Positions 35,457-48,000 are shown, counted from the first letter of the whole stretch. The stretch is DNA of 63,517 nt, filler included, from Saprolegnia diclina VS20 (GCF_000281045.1; 7 parts of 3 records of this genome joined end to end with filler, not necessarily neighbours in it), one strand, 5' to 3'. Translations and numbers: made by a program. The notes: generated by a model from the sequence alone, not told the origin.

Positions 35457-36860
35457 TTAAAAGTTGTAGTGCGTCTTGTTGGTGTACACAAAGTCTTGAA
35501 ACTCAGCAGCGCAGAACGGGAAGCGCGGACCCGGTGGGCCGGGCGCGAACAAGGCCTTGCCCGTGTTGATCGTCACGTAGATCGCGAGCGCCGACGTGAC
35601 GAGGATCGAGACGATCGCAAATGCCTTCTCGGGCAGCGACATGGTCTTGTAGAACGTCTTGAGGTAGAAGATGATGGGCAAAATCATGCAGCAAAGCGAC
35701 GTGCAGGACGCACCGACGAAATCCAGAAGATCGCTAAACTTGTCCTTGAAGATGATCGCAATGACGACGCAGAGGACGACCATGACCGTACGAAGGATCG
35801 CGGCCTTGAGGTACGCACCCGGCGCCTTGTACGCGTCAGCGGCGTCCGCCACGTGCACTGGGGCATCGGTCTTCTCGGCGTCGTCCTTGGTCGGCGTCTC
35901 GAGGTCGTCGTACGCGGCGGCGTCGGCGTCGAGCGTGAAGAGCTCCTTGTGCAGGCCAAGGACGAGGCGCTCAGCGATAAACATAGCCGGGAAGAGCACA
36001 AGGGCAAACGCGATCGTGATGTGCAGCTGCATAAAGAGGAACGAGAGGATGACACCGCCGCGCGACGCTTCAAACCCGAGCTTGGTGCCGGTGATGGCAA
36101 AGAGGAGGTTGCCGGGAATCTGGCAGCCGACAACCGAGACGCCCGTGATCGAGATGATGAGGAAGAAGGTCGTGATGACACCGAGCGTGACGGTAATCAC
36201 GCGCGGCATACGCTCGGGCTGCGAATGTTCGCGCTGGAGCGACGGAATGATGACACCGGCGCCATACGCGAGCGCCAAGTTGCCAAAGACGGCTGTGACG
36301 CCGCTCACCGAGAGCTCGGGCGACGGCGGCGAGACCGGCATCGGCGTCATCTCGTCGACAAGGATGTAGAGCGCAATCACATCCGCGAGGACTGTGCCGA
36401 GGGCGCCAGCGGCAGCGGTGCCCGCACCTTCCTTGAGCGTCGGGATGAGGCAGACGGGAAGGAGCGAGAGACCCATGAGCGCGATCCACGTCGAGTCGGC
36501 GTACGACGACGGGAACAACACCGTGAGCAAAGTTCCGCCAAGCACCAAGAACACGATCGGGACCATCGTGCACACGAGCATGTGCGTGATGACCGTGACC
36601 CAGCGACCGGGCTTGCCAAAGACCCACTCGCCAATGTCACTAAGCGTCTGAACCTTCTTGGGCGCGACCATCATGACCTTGGAGATGCAGACCGATGCGT
36701 AAATGTTGATGGACGCCATAAAGGCAAGCGCGACGGTCGCCCAGACGTAGCCAGCGCGGGAGTAGTTGCCTGGCATACCGAGAGTACCGATGCCATAGAC
36801 GACGCAGAAGAGCGAGAAGCACATCTTCATGTCCTCCATCGTTAGAAACGGACCTGCCAT
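35457..36860 (-). CDS. AAAP amino-acid transporter, paralog 3
   Basis: MAGPFLTMEDMKMCFSLFCVVYGIGTLGMPGNY; intact. Confidence 0.93.
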   Translation of the reverse strand: MAGPFLTMEDMKMCFSLFCVVYGIGTLGMPGNYSRAGYVWATVALAFMASINIYASVCISKVMMVAPKKVQTLSDIGEWVFGKPGRWVTVITHMLVCTMVPIVFLVLGGTLLTVLFPSSYADSTWIALMGLSLLPVCLIPTLKEGAGTAAAGALGTVLADVIALYILVDEMTPMPVSPPSPELSVSGVTAVFGNLALAYGAGVIIPSLQREHSQPERMPRVITVTLGVITTFFLIISITGVSVVGCQIPGNLLFAITGTKLGFEASRGGVILSFLFMQLHITIAFALVLFPAMFIAERLVLGLHKELFTLDADAAAYDDLETPTKDDAEKTDAPVHVADAADAYKAPGAYLKAAILRTVMVVLCVVIAIIFKDKFSDLLDFVGASCTSLCCMILPIIFYLKTFYKTMSLPEKAFAIVSILVTSALAIYVTINTGKALFAPGPPGPRFPFCAAEFQDFVYTNKTHYNF

Positions 36861-39039
36861 CGTGTCGCTTCTTAAAGCAAGCAAAAGTGGAAATGAAGTA
36901 CTCGGGAAAAGCGCCAAGGGGCTAGACACGAGCAGCGTCTCGAGCCGACAGCAAACATCGTACCACGACGACTCGATCGTCGCTACACCGTGTTTGCGCC
37001 ATGCCTCGCTTGACCACAAGCTGTAGGTACATGCGAACGCGGCTGAACCTGGATAAAGCGACGTAAAAACCCGTGGCTAGCGAGGCGACACCTTGGTGTT
37101 TGTATGGCGCGTCCTTGGACTGGTCACTGTAATGGGTGCTGCAGGTCCCCCAGCACTCGTCTGCGCAATCTGCGGTTCACAGCGCTCAGCGCGCCAAGAT
37201 TGCTCTTTGCCGCTTTATCTCGACACCTCGAAATGACAAGTACGGCGACTGCAAACGAACTGGACCATGACGTCGTTCTTAACCTCACGTATGCACAAGG
37301 GACGTCGAGCCCGTCTGCACACTCACGCCAATTCTCAGTCCAACGGTTGAAATAGTCTGATCATACAGGCCTGTTGAGCGTACGTAGCCGGTGCGCGTAC
37401 TACTACCAATTGCGCAGCCTGATTTGGTAGAAGCACGTCAACGCTTCGTTGCGAACGCAACGACCCTCGGACGAGCGCGTCGGTGGAGCTTTCTAATGCC
37501 CACGAATCGCGGCGCAGGTGTCTGGCGCATTGCGCATCATCGGTCCACAGCAGACGCCCTCTCGCTCGGCTCCCTAGCCTGGACCCCCTAGCTCGGCTCC
37601 CGACGCGCAGGCTCGTCGAGACGCCAACGAACCAAGAGCCCGCGCGAACCAGATTTCAAAACCAAGCGACTCTTGCCGTGCAATGGGTGCGTCGCCACCA
37701 GCGGCACCACTTTGTAGACGGCCGCGCGGGGAGCTAATCTCACGTTTGCGCAACGTGGTGCGATTTCTGATAAGGTAACAGAGATCCGGACGCTTCTTGC
37801 GATCCCACAGTGTCGGATCGTTGAGGCTGAAGTGGGTGCGTGCGCGTAATGTTTCCCAATCGAGCGCCAGGTTTGCAACGGCCGTTTCCTCTCAGAAAGG
37901 CTATACGACGTATCTCGTCTGCATACTTGAGGCGTATTGCATGGGCATTGTGCATCAAGCCACGTGATCAGTACGACGCCGACCTCGATCGATGAGCTTC
38001 TCGGAGAGAGCGTTCGGAGAGAGAAGACGCGCCGCTTCTGCATGGGTGCACGGCTGGCGCAAAAGAAAACCACGACCAGACTGCAGCTGCGACACGAATG
38101 GGTGATGGATGCTGCTGCCCAAGCTCAAGCAGGAGTCAACGGACCAAGCAATTACGATTTGCGTTCTGGGTACAAGGCTCTGGATCTATCCACCTTCGCG
38201 GACCAGCTTTGCCGCCTCAAAGAGCTGACAGCGTGTGCAACCGCGCAACGATTTCTTGCGGCCATCACAGTCTCATGCAAACAGGCCGAAAATAGTGTTT
38301 CAAAGGGTACCGTGCCACGCATTGTATGGCTTGCGAAACTAGCAATCTTGGTTTCGATTGCATGACATTACTAGTACTTGGTGCAGAAGGGGCGCACCGC
38401 AGCCTTAGTCGGGTCCTTGGACGAGTCTTTCTTGTCCGGTCTTTGGCCTTCATGTACTGATGATAGAAGCTGGTACTAGTATGTTGGGAGGATGCTTCGA
38501 TCGATTTATAGCGGCCATGTGGGCCATTTCTGAGCAAGCGCACCAGCCCGGCCTCACGGTAGTCGCCACGATTGCCAAATGTGCATATCGTACATTCGTC
38601 GTCGTACGGTTTCACTTGTTGTATGTATTGGCCAAGTCATGTACGACACCGAGGGTAGAAGTACGCTGTACGAGTCGTAGTAAAACCAGCAAAAAACTGG
38701 TCATCTTGACGTGGAAGTTGCATGCTTCTTGCAGCGATTCTGGCCGATGGTTCCAAAGGAAATTGAACTTTGAACTTCATGGAAATACGTCGGCCGCCCA
38801 GCATACTTGAACATCAGATGGCCGTGACAAGGAGAAACGACCAATCACATTGCGTTCCGTTCTGATCAGGTGCTCAGTTTGCATTTTGGCGCGATGTGAT
38901 TGGCTACAATGCCAGGAATATCGTCAGAAAGGCGAATCACGTGGCACACCAGCTGGACCGCTTGGATCTTCTACCACGTTGATGGAGGAGTGCTCAGAAC
39001 ACACGACGTGATCGCGTTCACATCGGTCTCTGGGCAAAC

Positions 39040-39055
39040 GCTCATTTTACAATTT
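39040..39055 (+). promoter_or_regulatory. Oomycete INR+FPR core promoter
   Basis: GCTCATTTTACAATTT about 23 nt before ATG 39079; matches the oomycete consensus. Confidence 0.8.
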
Positions 39056-39078
39056 GCTTTGCGCCACCAACAACCATC

Positions 39079-40509
39079 ATGGGCAAGCCATTTCTCACGT
39101 GGGAAGACGCCAAGATGTGCTTCTCGCTCTTCTGTGTCGTCTACGGCATCGGTACGCTCGGCATGCCGGGTAACTACGCCCGCGCCGGCTACGCCTGGGC
39201 GACCCTCGCGCTTGTCTTCATGGCGACCGTCAACATCTACGCCACTGTGTGCATGAGCAAGGTCATGCTCGTCGCGCCCAAGACCGTCAAGACCTTTGGC
39301 GACATGGGCGAGTGGTGCATGGGCACGTTTGGCCGCTGGATTGCCGTCATCTCGCAAATGCTTGTCTGCGTCATGGTGCCGATTGTCTTTCTCGTCCTCG
39401 GCGGCACCTTGCTCACGGTACTCTTCCCCGAATCGTACGCCGACTCGACGTGGATCATCCTCATGGGTATTTCGCTCCTCCCCGTCTGCCTCATTCCCAA
39501 CCTCAAGGAAGGTGCTGGTGTGGCCGCGGCCGGCGCCCTCGGCACGATCCTTGCCGACGGCATTGCGCTCTACCTCCTCGTCTCCAACATGCACGGCCCG
39601 TCGGCTGGTCTCTCGACGCCGTCGCCGGAGCTTACGTTCTCGGGTGTCACGGCCGTCTTTGGCAACCTCTCGCTCGCGTACGGTGCCGGCGTCGTCATTC
39701 CTTCGCTTCAGCGCGAACACAGCGACCCGACGCGCATGCCGCGTGTCATCACGGTGACGCTTGTCCTTGTGTCCGTGCTCTTCCTCGTCATCTCGATTAC
39801 CGGTGTCTCGACCGTTGGCTGCCAAATTCCGGGCAACCTCCTCTTTGCCATCACCGGCACCAAGCTCGGCTTTGAAGCGTCGCGCGGCGGCATCATTTTG
39901 GCCTTCCTCTTCATGCAGATCCACATCACGGTCGCCTTTGCGCTCATTCTGTTCCCGGCCATGTTTATTGCTGAGCGCCTCGTCCTTGGCCTGCACAAAA
40001 ACGCGTTTGCCCTTGCGCCCGCGGATGAAGCGGCCAAGGATGCCATGTACGCGTCGCTCGAGACGCCGTCGGCGGACGCCAAGGTCGAAGTCGAGGCGAA
40101 CCACGTTGAGGATAAAGTCGTTGCGGCCTACGCCGCGCCGGGCGCGTACCTCAAGGCGTGCATCCTCCGCACGGTCATGGTCGTCGTCATGGTCATCATT
40201 GCCATCATCTGGAAGGACCATTTTGGCGACCTTCTGGATTTTGTCGGCGCCTCCTCGACGTCGCTCAGCTGCATGATTCTGCCCATCATCTTCTACCTCA
40301 AGACGTTCCGCACGACGCTTGGCGTGCCGGAGAAGGCATTTGCGATCCTCTGCGTCCTCGTCACGTCGGCCCTCGCTATCTATGTGACGTACACGACGGG
40401 CAAGAACCTCTTTGCGCCGGCGGCGGGCGACTCGTCGATCAAGTTCCCGTACTGCCCGGCCGAGTACCAAAAGATGGTCTACACCAACACGACGTTCTAC
40501 AAGCACTAA
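39079..40509 (+). CDS. AAAP amino-acid transporter, paralog 4 (inverted)
   Basis: 476-aa intact ORF with the same family motifs. Confidence 0.95.
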   Translation: MGKPFLTWEDAKMCFSLFCVVYGIGTLGMPGNYARAGYAWATLALVFMATVNIYATVCMSKVMLVAPKTVKTFGDMGEWCMGTFGRWIAVISQMLVCVMVPIVFLVLGGTLLTVLFPESYADSTWIILMGISLLPVCLIPNLKEGAGVAAAGALGTILADGIALYLLVSNMHGPSAGLSTPSPELTFSGVTAVFGNLSLAYGAGVVIPSLQREHSDPTRMPRVITVTLVLVSVLFLVISITGVSTVGCQIPGNLLFAITGTKLGFEASRGGIILAFLFMQIHITVAFALILFPAMFIAERLVLGLHKNAFALAPADEAAKDAMYASLETPSADAKVEVEANHVEDKVVAAYAAPGAYLKACILRTVMVVVMVIIAIIWKDHFGDLLDFVGASSTSLSCMILPIIFYLKTFRTTLGVPEKAFAILCVLVTSALAIYVTYTTGKNLFAPAAGDSSIKFPYCPAEYQKMVYTNTTFYKH

Positions 40510-41091
40510 GTCGTCGTCGCATTCCGCCTCCTTTGTATGTATAAAATCTTGTTGAATGAAAACATTTTTGTGTCCTAAAGTTGTCTGATGGCTCGTTGCG
40601 CATTTCAACGCAAGTAAGACTAAGAAATCAGTGTGCCCCAATCTCACCAAGCGCTGGCGCCCTCGACGACCTCAACGAATGCGTAGATATAACTTATAGC
40701 TTGTGTACGGATGCTTAAGGTCGCAATGCTGTAAGTCGCATTCCGCCGCGCAGTCATTTATCGCTGCGTGATGGCTCCAAACAGCATTTTCACACATTTG
40801 CGATATCCTGCTTGACACAGAATCTAAACTGCTGTTTTAAAACAGAATATTGACCACGCGACACAGCGTTTCATTCGATCCGTGCCATCTCAACCGCCTC
40901 CGCAAGGGCTCGTATACAATCGTCCTAGTCGTACTAAGGCTACTCCACAACGTCACTGCAAAATACGGACACTAGACACTAAGCAAACTCACCGATCCCC
41001 TCCCAAACCGTCCACAGAGTTTAGAAGAAGCTGGGTTTGAAGAGACACACATTACATTTCTTTTTACTTGCACAGGAGACAACATTGGAGT

Positions 41092-42108
41092 CTAGAGCTT
41101 CTTGCCGCTGTAGAACGTCGTGTTGGTGTAGACCATTTGCTGGTACTCGGCCGGGCAGTACGGGAACTTGATCGCGGGGTTGGCCTGGCCGGGCGCAAAG
41201 AGGTGCTTGCCCGTCGTGTACGACACGTAGACAGCGAGGCACGTGGTCACGAGGACGCAGAGGATCGCAAATGCCTTCTCGGGCTTGGACAGCGTCGCGT
41301 GGAACGTCTTGAGGTAAAAGACGATCGGCAGAATCATGCAGCTCGTCGACGTCGACGACGCACCGACAAAGTCGACGAGGTCCGTAAAGTTGTCCTTCCA
41401 CAGAAGCGCCACGACCACCATGATGGCGACGACCACCGTGCGCAAGATGCACACCTTGAGGTACGCGCCCGGCGCGTTGTAGGCGGCGGCACTGCCCGAG
41501 TCGTGCTCGGCCGTCGCATCGTGCACCTTGGCAAGGTCAGCGTTGGTAGCCTCGTTCGGGGTCTCGGTGACGGCAAAGGCAGACTCCTTGGCTTCTTCGT
41601 CGACGACATCTGCAAGCACAAACGCCGACTTGTGCATGCCGAGGATGATGCGCTCCATGATGAAGAGCGCCGGGTACAGAATCAACGAGAACGCGATCGT
41701 GATGTGGAGCTGCATGAAGAGGAAGGCGAGGATGACACCGCCGCGCGACGCCTTGAAGCCGAGCTTGTCGCCGTTGACGGCAAAAAGGAGGTTGCCCGGA
41801 ATCTGGCAGCCGACCACCGACACACCCGTGATGGCGAGCACCATGAAGAGCACCGAGATCGAGACGAGCGTCACGACAATCACACGCGGCATGCGCGTCG
41901 GGTCGCTGTGCTCGCGCTGGAGCGCAGGAATGACGACACCGGCGCCGTACGCAAGCGCGAGGTTGCCAAAGACGGCCGTGACACCCGAGAACGAGAGGTC
42001 CGGCGACGGCGTCGAGAGGTTCTTGGCTTCCGGCGTCGACATGTTGTCGATGAGCATGTAGATGGCAATGGCGTCGGCCAGGATCGTACCGATGGCACCA
42101 GCCGCGGC
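41092..42108 (-). CDS. AAAP amino-acid transporter, paralog 5 (5' end in gap)
   Basis: LALAYGAGVVIPALQREHSDPTRMP...KFPYCPAEYQQMVYTN. Confidence 0.9.
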   Translation of the reverse strand, partial: AAAGAIGTILADAIAIYMLIDNMSTPEAKNLSTPSPDLSFSGVTAVFGNLALAYGAGVVIPALQREHSDPTRMPRVIVVTLVSISVLFMVLAITGVSVVGCQIPGNLLFAVNGDKLGFKASRGGVILAFLFMQLHITIAFSLILYPALFIMERIILGMHKSAFVLADVVDEEAKESAFAVTETPNEATNADLAKVHDATAEHDSGSAAAYNAPGAYLKVCILRTVVVAIMVVVALLWKDNFTDLVDFVGASSTSTSCMILPIVFYLKTFHATLSKPEKAFAILCVLVTTCLAVYVSYTTGKHLFAPGQANPAIKFPYCPAEYQQMVYTNTTFYSGKKL

Positions 42109-42208
42109 NNNNNNNNNNNNNNNNNNNNNNNNNNNNNNNNNNNNNNNNNNNNTTAATTAATTAANNNNNNNNNNNNNNNNNNNNNNNNNNNNNNNNNNNN
42201 NNNNNNNN

Positions 42209-43587
42209 CCAAAGTGGCCTCGGCGAGACCGTAGCCGCAGCCGTACGTCTTGGGGTTGAAGCCAGCCGGTGCGAACGTCTCGGTGAACGCGTTGAGCGAC
42301 TCGATGCGAATCGGCTCGGCAGCGCACAAACTCTGGCGTAGATGGCGCAAATCAAGTTCAGCTGCTTGGGCCTTGGTCGTCTTGCGGGCCGCCAGGGCGT
42401 AGCCAAAGTTGGGCGCGCAGATCTGCGTGGCCTTGTACTTGGAAGCCGTACGCATCCAAAGAGCAGGATCCTTGATGAACGAGAGTGGCGACATCGACAC
42501 ACACCGAGCGCCTGGACAAGTGCAATGTCAGAAAGGCCAAGTGCAAAGTGGGATCGAAGTGCGTACCAGTCGAGGCTGGTGCGAGAATAAACACGACGAG
42601 ACCCATGTCGTGGTACGATGGAACCCACGAGACCATCGTGTCAGTCTCGCGAATCGCGACCCAGACCTTGAGCTGGGCGTTGACGTTGCCGTAGGAGACC
42701 ATGACGGCCTTGGGCTCGGACGTCGAGCCGGACGAGTACTGGAAGAAGGCCAAGTCGTCAAACGAACACTCGACGTCAGTATAGCTAAGCAATGCAACCC
42801 ATGAGCTTGTGGCACGTTGGACAGAGGCGTCTTACCACATGTCCATGTCTTCAGCAATGGCGTCGGTCGAAAACCACTGAATGTCCTTGGGCCACGTGAC
42901 CGAGCCAGAGAAGAAGCTCTTGGCGGTCGCGAGCTGCGTCGCCATGTAATACGTGCGGTTGGTCAGAATAACCTTGGCGCCCGAATCAACAACCATGCGG
43001 TTAAACTTGGGAAGATCCTTGGTGAGCGTGCCCGGGTACGGCGGGTAGACGGGCACGGCCGTCGCACCGGCGTAGAGGCAACCCCAAAAGCCCATGGCAA
43101 AGTCCAGGCCCGGAGGATACGCGAGCATGACACGGTCGCCCTTCTTCAGATCTAAACAATCATAAGTCTCCAGCTTCGAGAAGCAAGTGTGTTGCGTACT
43201 GGCATCTTGCTGCAAGGTAGCAGCGACGCGGCGGGCGGCGCGGTCGAGGTCGCCAAACGTAAGGTTGACGCTTTCCCGGCCATAGTCGTCGAGGAATGTG
43301 TAGACGACCTTGTTGGGGGTCGAGCGAGCCCGCTGCTTGAGGAGTTCGACAATGGTTAGATCCTCAAAGGTGGCCGGCGTCCGCGAGCCGTGATGGGACC
43401 GCTCTTGTAAAAACGCCTTGGTGGGAGATGCAGGCTTCGACTTGTCGTCGGCCGCCCACATGTCGTCGACGGGCTCGAAGCTACCAGCAATGGCCGGCGA
43501 CGGCGACGGCTGCAGCAGCCCGAGGAGCATCGAGAGGAAGGCGATGGCTGCGAGCTTGATCGCGTCCAGAATCACCATCGGCTTCAT
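42209..43587 (-). CDS. FAAL gene copy A (5' part only; remainder in gap)
   Basis: Hydrophobic N-terminus, VYTFLDD, PVYPPYP, FFQYSSGSTSEPKAV, SWVPSYHDMGL, APNFGY, AEPIR, YGLAEATL; 3 short introns. Confidence 0.88.
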
Positions 43588-45061
43588 GGCTGATGTGTAC
43601 TGCGCGGCGTAAAAACGGAAATGAATGCACCGGACGACGACTTTGCACTCTTGTTTTTTGCGACTAGCGACAGGCGAAACCATATCCATCGACGGCGGGT
43701 CGCCATACCGAATCGCCGCACATCTATTTGATAACGGACTCGACGCCGCGTGCCCATAGCAAACCACGTTGCGCGACTCGAACCAGATGGTTGTCATTTC
43801 GAGTGAAGAGGGAGGGGCAATGTGCGCCGCGCAGCAGCAGGTCGCTCACCGATACTACGCCTTGGTGCGGAAAATTTTCGACGGGGTCGAGCACAACGAT
43901 ACATATATTTGTACAAAACGCTCGACTAATGGTTCACGCCGACAGAAAAGAGCGGTACTCTGGCGAAGGCGGAAGGTGACGGTGTCGAGACGCGTCGTCC
44001 CTCCTATTGCCATCACATAGATCTTGCAGCCCATCACTGGGACGTTTGGCAGTAATGGTATGTCTTTCGGGTGGGAGGGCGGACCTCTAGCAGACCGCCA
44101 ACATTCGTGGCGCCAATGCATGCGCTGGCTTCAAAATTTGGCCGCGTCATCCGCCTCGACGTCGTCTGGGGATCGACGGCGCAAATCCCACATGCACTTA
44201 CGTGGCGTCTACCGTCGTCCACCCGCGGCTTTCTCGCCACCAATACAGTTTGTAAGATAAATGTCGTAGGAAGAACTCAAAGAACAAACCCACCCGGTTG
44301 GTTCAAAACGTTATGTGGAGTATGCACCACCCGCGACACGTGCTGCAAAGCCAAGGACGACAAGGAAAGGGCGTCCGATCCATGTCGTCGATGGATCCTT
44401 GAGGCAAGGACATCCATCGTAGGAGATTGAGAAACGTAACCAAAATGTAATCCAAGTGGGGTCTCGAGCAAAGTGCAAACGACGTGGCGGATACGACGAC
44501 GTTTCTGATGCGGCCTGTCTACCAGCGCCAAGAATGTAGGTATTTCATAGCCAATCAAACGCCGTCATTTCAAATCTGATTGGCGGTTTCGGCGCCGAAG
44601 CGCCATTGCGATCTTCCGACGCCAGCGACCGACAAGAGACGGCTCTGTTCCTTGTTGTTCTCGCTTCCGACACGGTCAGAGGAGGGTTAATTGAGCAGTA
44701 CTAGTAGCGTCCGATATTTGGGCTATTTGTATTCGCTTCGCCACCCCGTTCCCTTACCTGGTATCTACTTTGGCGAGTAGCACCCTGTGTAGCACCGACG
44801 TATCCATGGCGCTGCGCAGGACCGCCGATACAAAAACAAGACGGTGCCACCTCCATGGATGCATCCTCCTTCGCCTACTAGTACGTCAGTGCAGCCGGCG
44901 TGTCAATGCAGCCGACTAGTGCTGTAGCGTTACTACGACGAGCTTTTCCACCAAGAAAATAAACATGCGAGTCCACAAGATGCGACTATTTATGTGCAAA
45001 ATGCATTTGATTCACACACTGGAACGTGAAACTACTAACCTAACCTATTTTGGCTTTTCCT

Positions 45062-48000
45062 CTAAACGGCGGGGGCATCGACATCTTCGACATCTTCGAC
45101 GACGGCGACCTTGGCCTCGACGACAGCAGACTCTGTGCGCAGACTGTCCATGATGCGGACCAGCGCCTGCACGGTGCGACTGAGGTCGGCTTCGGTGTGC
45201 AAGTACGAGATGAAGAAGCGCAGTCGGCACTTGCCCTCCTCGACGGCCGGGTGCACGATCGGCTTGACGTTGATCTTCTCTTCGTCGCTCAGCCGCATCG
45301 AGAGACGCACCGTCTCGACCGTCCCGCCAATGTACACGACCACCACGCACGCGCCACGGACGTTCGTGCCCACGTCGAGCTTGGCCGCCACGCACGCGTC
45401 GTAAAAGAACGCGCTGAGTTCCTGGAGACGCACCGACCGCTGCGGCTCGTCGCCCATGAGCTGGACGGCCTTGAGCGCCGCGCCGGCGTTGGCCGGACCG
45501 AGGCCCACCGAGTAGACAAAGCCACCCGCAGAGTACTTGAGGTAGTCGACCACGGTCTTGGTGGCGAGGATAAAGCCGCCCACAGACCCGAGCGACTTGC
45601 TCATCGTGCCCATGCGCACGTCGACGTCGGTGGTCGGCACGTCAAAGTACTCGCACATGCCCTTGCCCGTCTGGCCCATCGTGCCGAACGAGTGCGCTTC
45701 GTCCACAAACAGAATGGCCTTGTGCTGCTTCTTGAGCGCGACAAACGCCGGCAGATTCGGCACGTCGCCGTCCATCGAGTACACGCCCTCGATCACGATC
45801 AGCACGCGCCGGTACTTGTGCCGGACCGACTTGAGGATGCGCTCGGCGGCGGCCACGTCATTGTGCGGGAACGCCAGGATCGTCGCGCCACTGAGGCGCT
45901 GGCCGTTCACGCAGCTGTTGTGGTTGAGGATGTCGCACAGAATGAGGTCGCCCTTGCCGACAAGCGCCGCGATCGTCGTCACGTTGGTGACCCAGCCGCC
46001 CACAAACAGCACGGACGCCTCGGCGTCAAAGTGCTTGCACAAGGCGGCCTCGAGCTGCGTGTTGATGATGTTTTGGCCCACGATCGGCGACGAGCTCATG
46101 CCCGTGCCGTACGTGTCGATGGCGTCCTTGGAGGCCTGCGCCGTCGCGGGGTGCGACGCGTACCCGAGGTAGTTGTACGTGTTGAAGTTGAGCTGCTTCT
46201 TCTTCTCGGCCGTGAGCACGTCCAAGTACGGCAGCACGAGACCGGCGTCCGTGAGCTCGCTCAGCTGACCGCGGAGGTGCTGGACCTCGGGGAAGCATTC
46301 GAAATCGTAGCACTCGGCCTTGATCTCGCCGTTCTCGTCGACGTACGAGCCTTCGGGGAGCGTCGACTCTTGCGTCTCGAGCTCGCCGGTGGCGAGACCC
46401 GGAGCGTTGGCGAGCTTGACCGGCGTATCAAACTGGAAAAAGGCCGACGGCGGCACGACGCAGCCGAGGAACTCGCCGAGCTCGGCGCTGAGACCGACAA
46501 TGGCCACCGAGTCCATGCCAACGCAGGCCCACGGCGTGTCGGCGTCGATGGTCGGCGCCTTGGCCGACGACGTCTCGTACTCGTCGCTGCTGTCGCTGGT
46601 TTCCTGGGCGAGGCGCTCGAGCAACCACGCCACAATCTCTTCCGGGGTCTTGACAACGGCCGGCGTCTTGACAACGTCGGCAGCTTCGGCAGCCGGCGCA
46701 GTGTCGGGCTCGACCACTACGGCCACCGGAACCGCCTTGGGACGGCTCTCGATGACGCCCTTGTGGATGTACTGGGCGGCGAGCGTGTTGTCTTCAAACT
46801 TGGCCTTGGTGCCGCGACGCTGGATCTTGCCGCTCGTCGTCTTGGGGATGCTGCGAGGACGCAAGAGGACGATCGAGGCGCAACGGAGCTGGTGTTCCGA
46901 CAGCACCGACGTCGCAATGGCGTTGGCGATGGCGCGGAGCTTGTCCTGGTCCTTCTTGAGGTCCGAGCGCATCTCAGCAACCACAACGAGAGCTTCTTCT
47001 TGGTTGGACGTCTCGATCGAAAAGGCAGCGACACAGCCAGGGCGAACCTCGTCGTGGGCCAGCTCGGTCGTGCGCTCGACGTCTTGCGGACACACGTTGC
47101 GACCGCGGATGATGATCAAATCCTTGAGACGGCTCGTGACGTACATGACGTCGCCGTCAAAGAAACCCATGTCACCCGACCGCAAGTAGTGGTTCTCGGG
47201 CGTGTCGGCCGTGCCGCGAACGGTCGCCTGGAACTGCTCCTTCGTGTACTGCTCGCGGTTCCAGTAGCCCTTGGTGACGCTCTCGCCTTGGATCCAGATC
47301 TCGCCGACGCGGCAGTCGGGCAGCTGTTCGCGCGTCTCGGGGTCGACGATGATGACCTTGAAGGTCGGGCGGAGCGTGCCGCAGCCGACAAGCGTCATCG
47401 TGTCAACGGCCGGGTGGTCGGCAGATGCGCGCTGAGCCTTCTTGTGCTGCTCGAGGGCGTTCTTCTTGGCGACAAAGACGACGGGCTCCTTGGGGTTGTA
47501 CGGGTCGGGGCCAGTCGCAGCCTAGAGATATGTCACAATGAGAATTCCCGCCCAATAAGAAAATAAGAAAAATGAGAATCGTACCAAAGTGGCCTCGGCG
47601 AGACCGTAGCCGCAGCCGTACGTCTTGGGGTTGAAGCCAGCCGGTGCGAACGTCTCGGTGAACGCGTTGAGCGACTCGATGCGAATCGGCTCGGCGGCGC
47701 AGAGGCATTGCCGAAGGTGCGTCAGGTCGAGGTCAGCGACCTGCTTCTTTGTCGTCTTGCGGGCCGCGAGGGCGTAGCCAAAGTTGGGCGCGCAGATCTG
47801 CGTGGCCTTGTACTTGGAGGCCGTACGCATCCAGAGCGACGGGTCCTTGATGAACGAGAGTGGCGACATCGACACACACCGAGCGCCTGGACAAGTGCAA
47901 TGTCAGAAAGGCCAAGTGCAAAGTGGGATCAAAGAGCGTACCAGTCGAGGCTGGTGCGAGAATAAACACGACGAGACCCATGTCGTGGTACGACGGAACC

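Noticed and set aside
45062..46300. Calling the AOS domain biotin-pathway bioF
   Set aside because: Fused to FAAL-ACP and present in multiple copies; motifs establish only the AOS family.
45050..47566. 838-aa + strand ORF and similar long antisense ORFs (1676-2965, 35319-36845, 38971-40650)
   Set aside because: Shadows of GC3-rich genes on the opposite strand; no motifs of their own.
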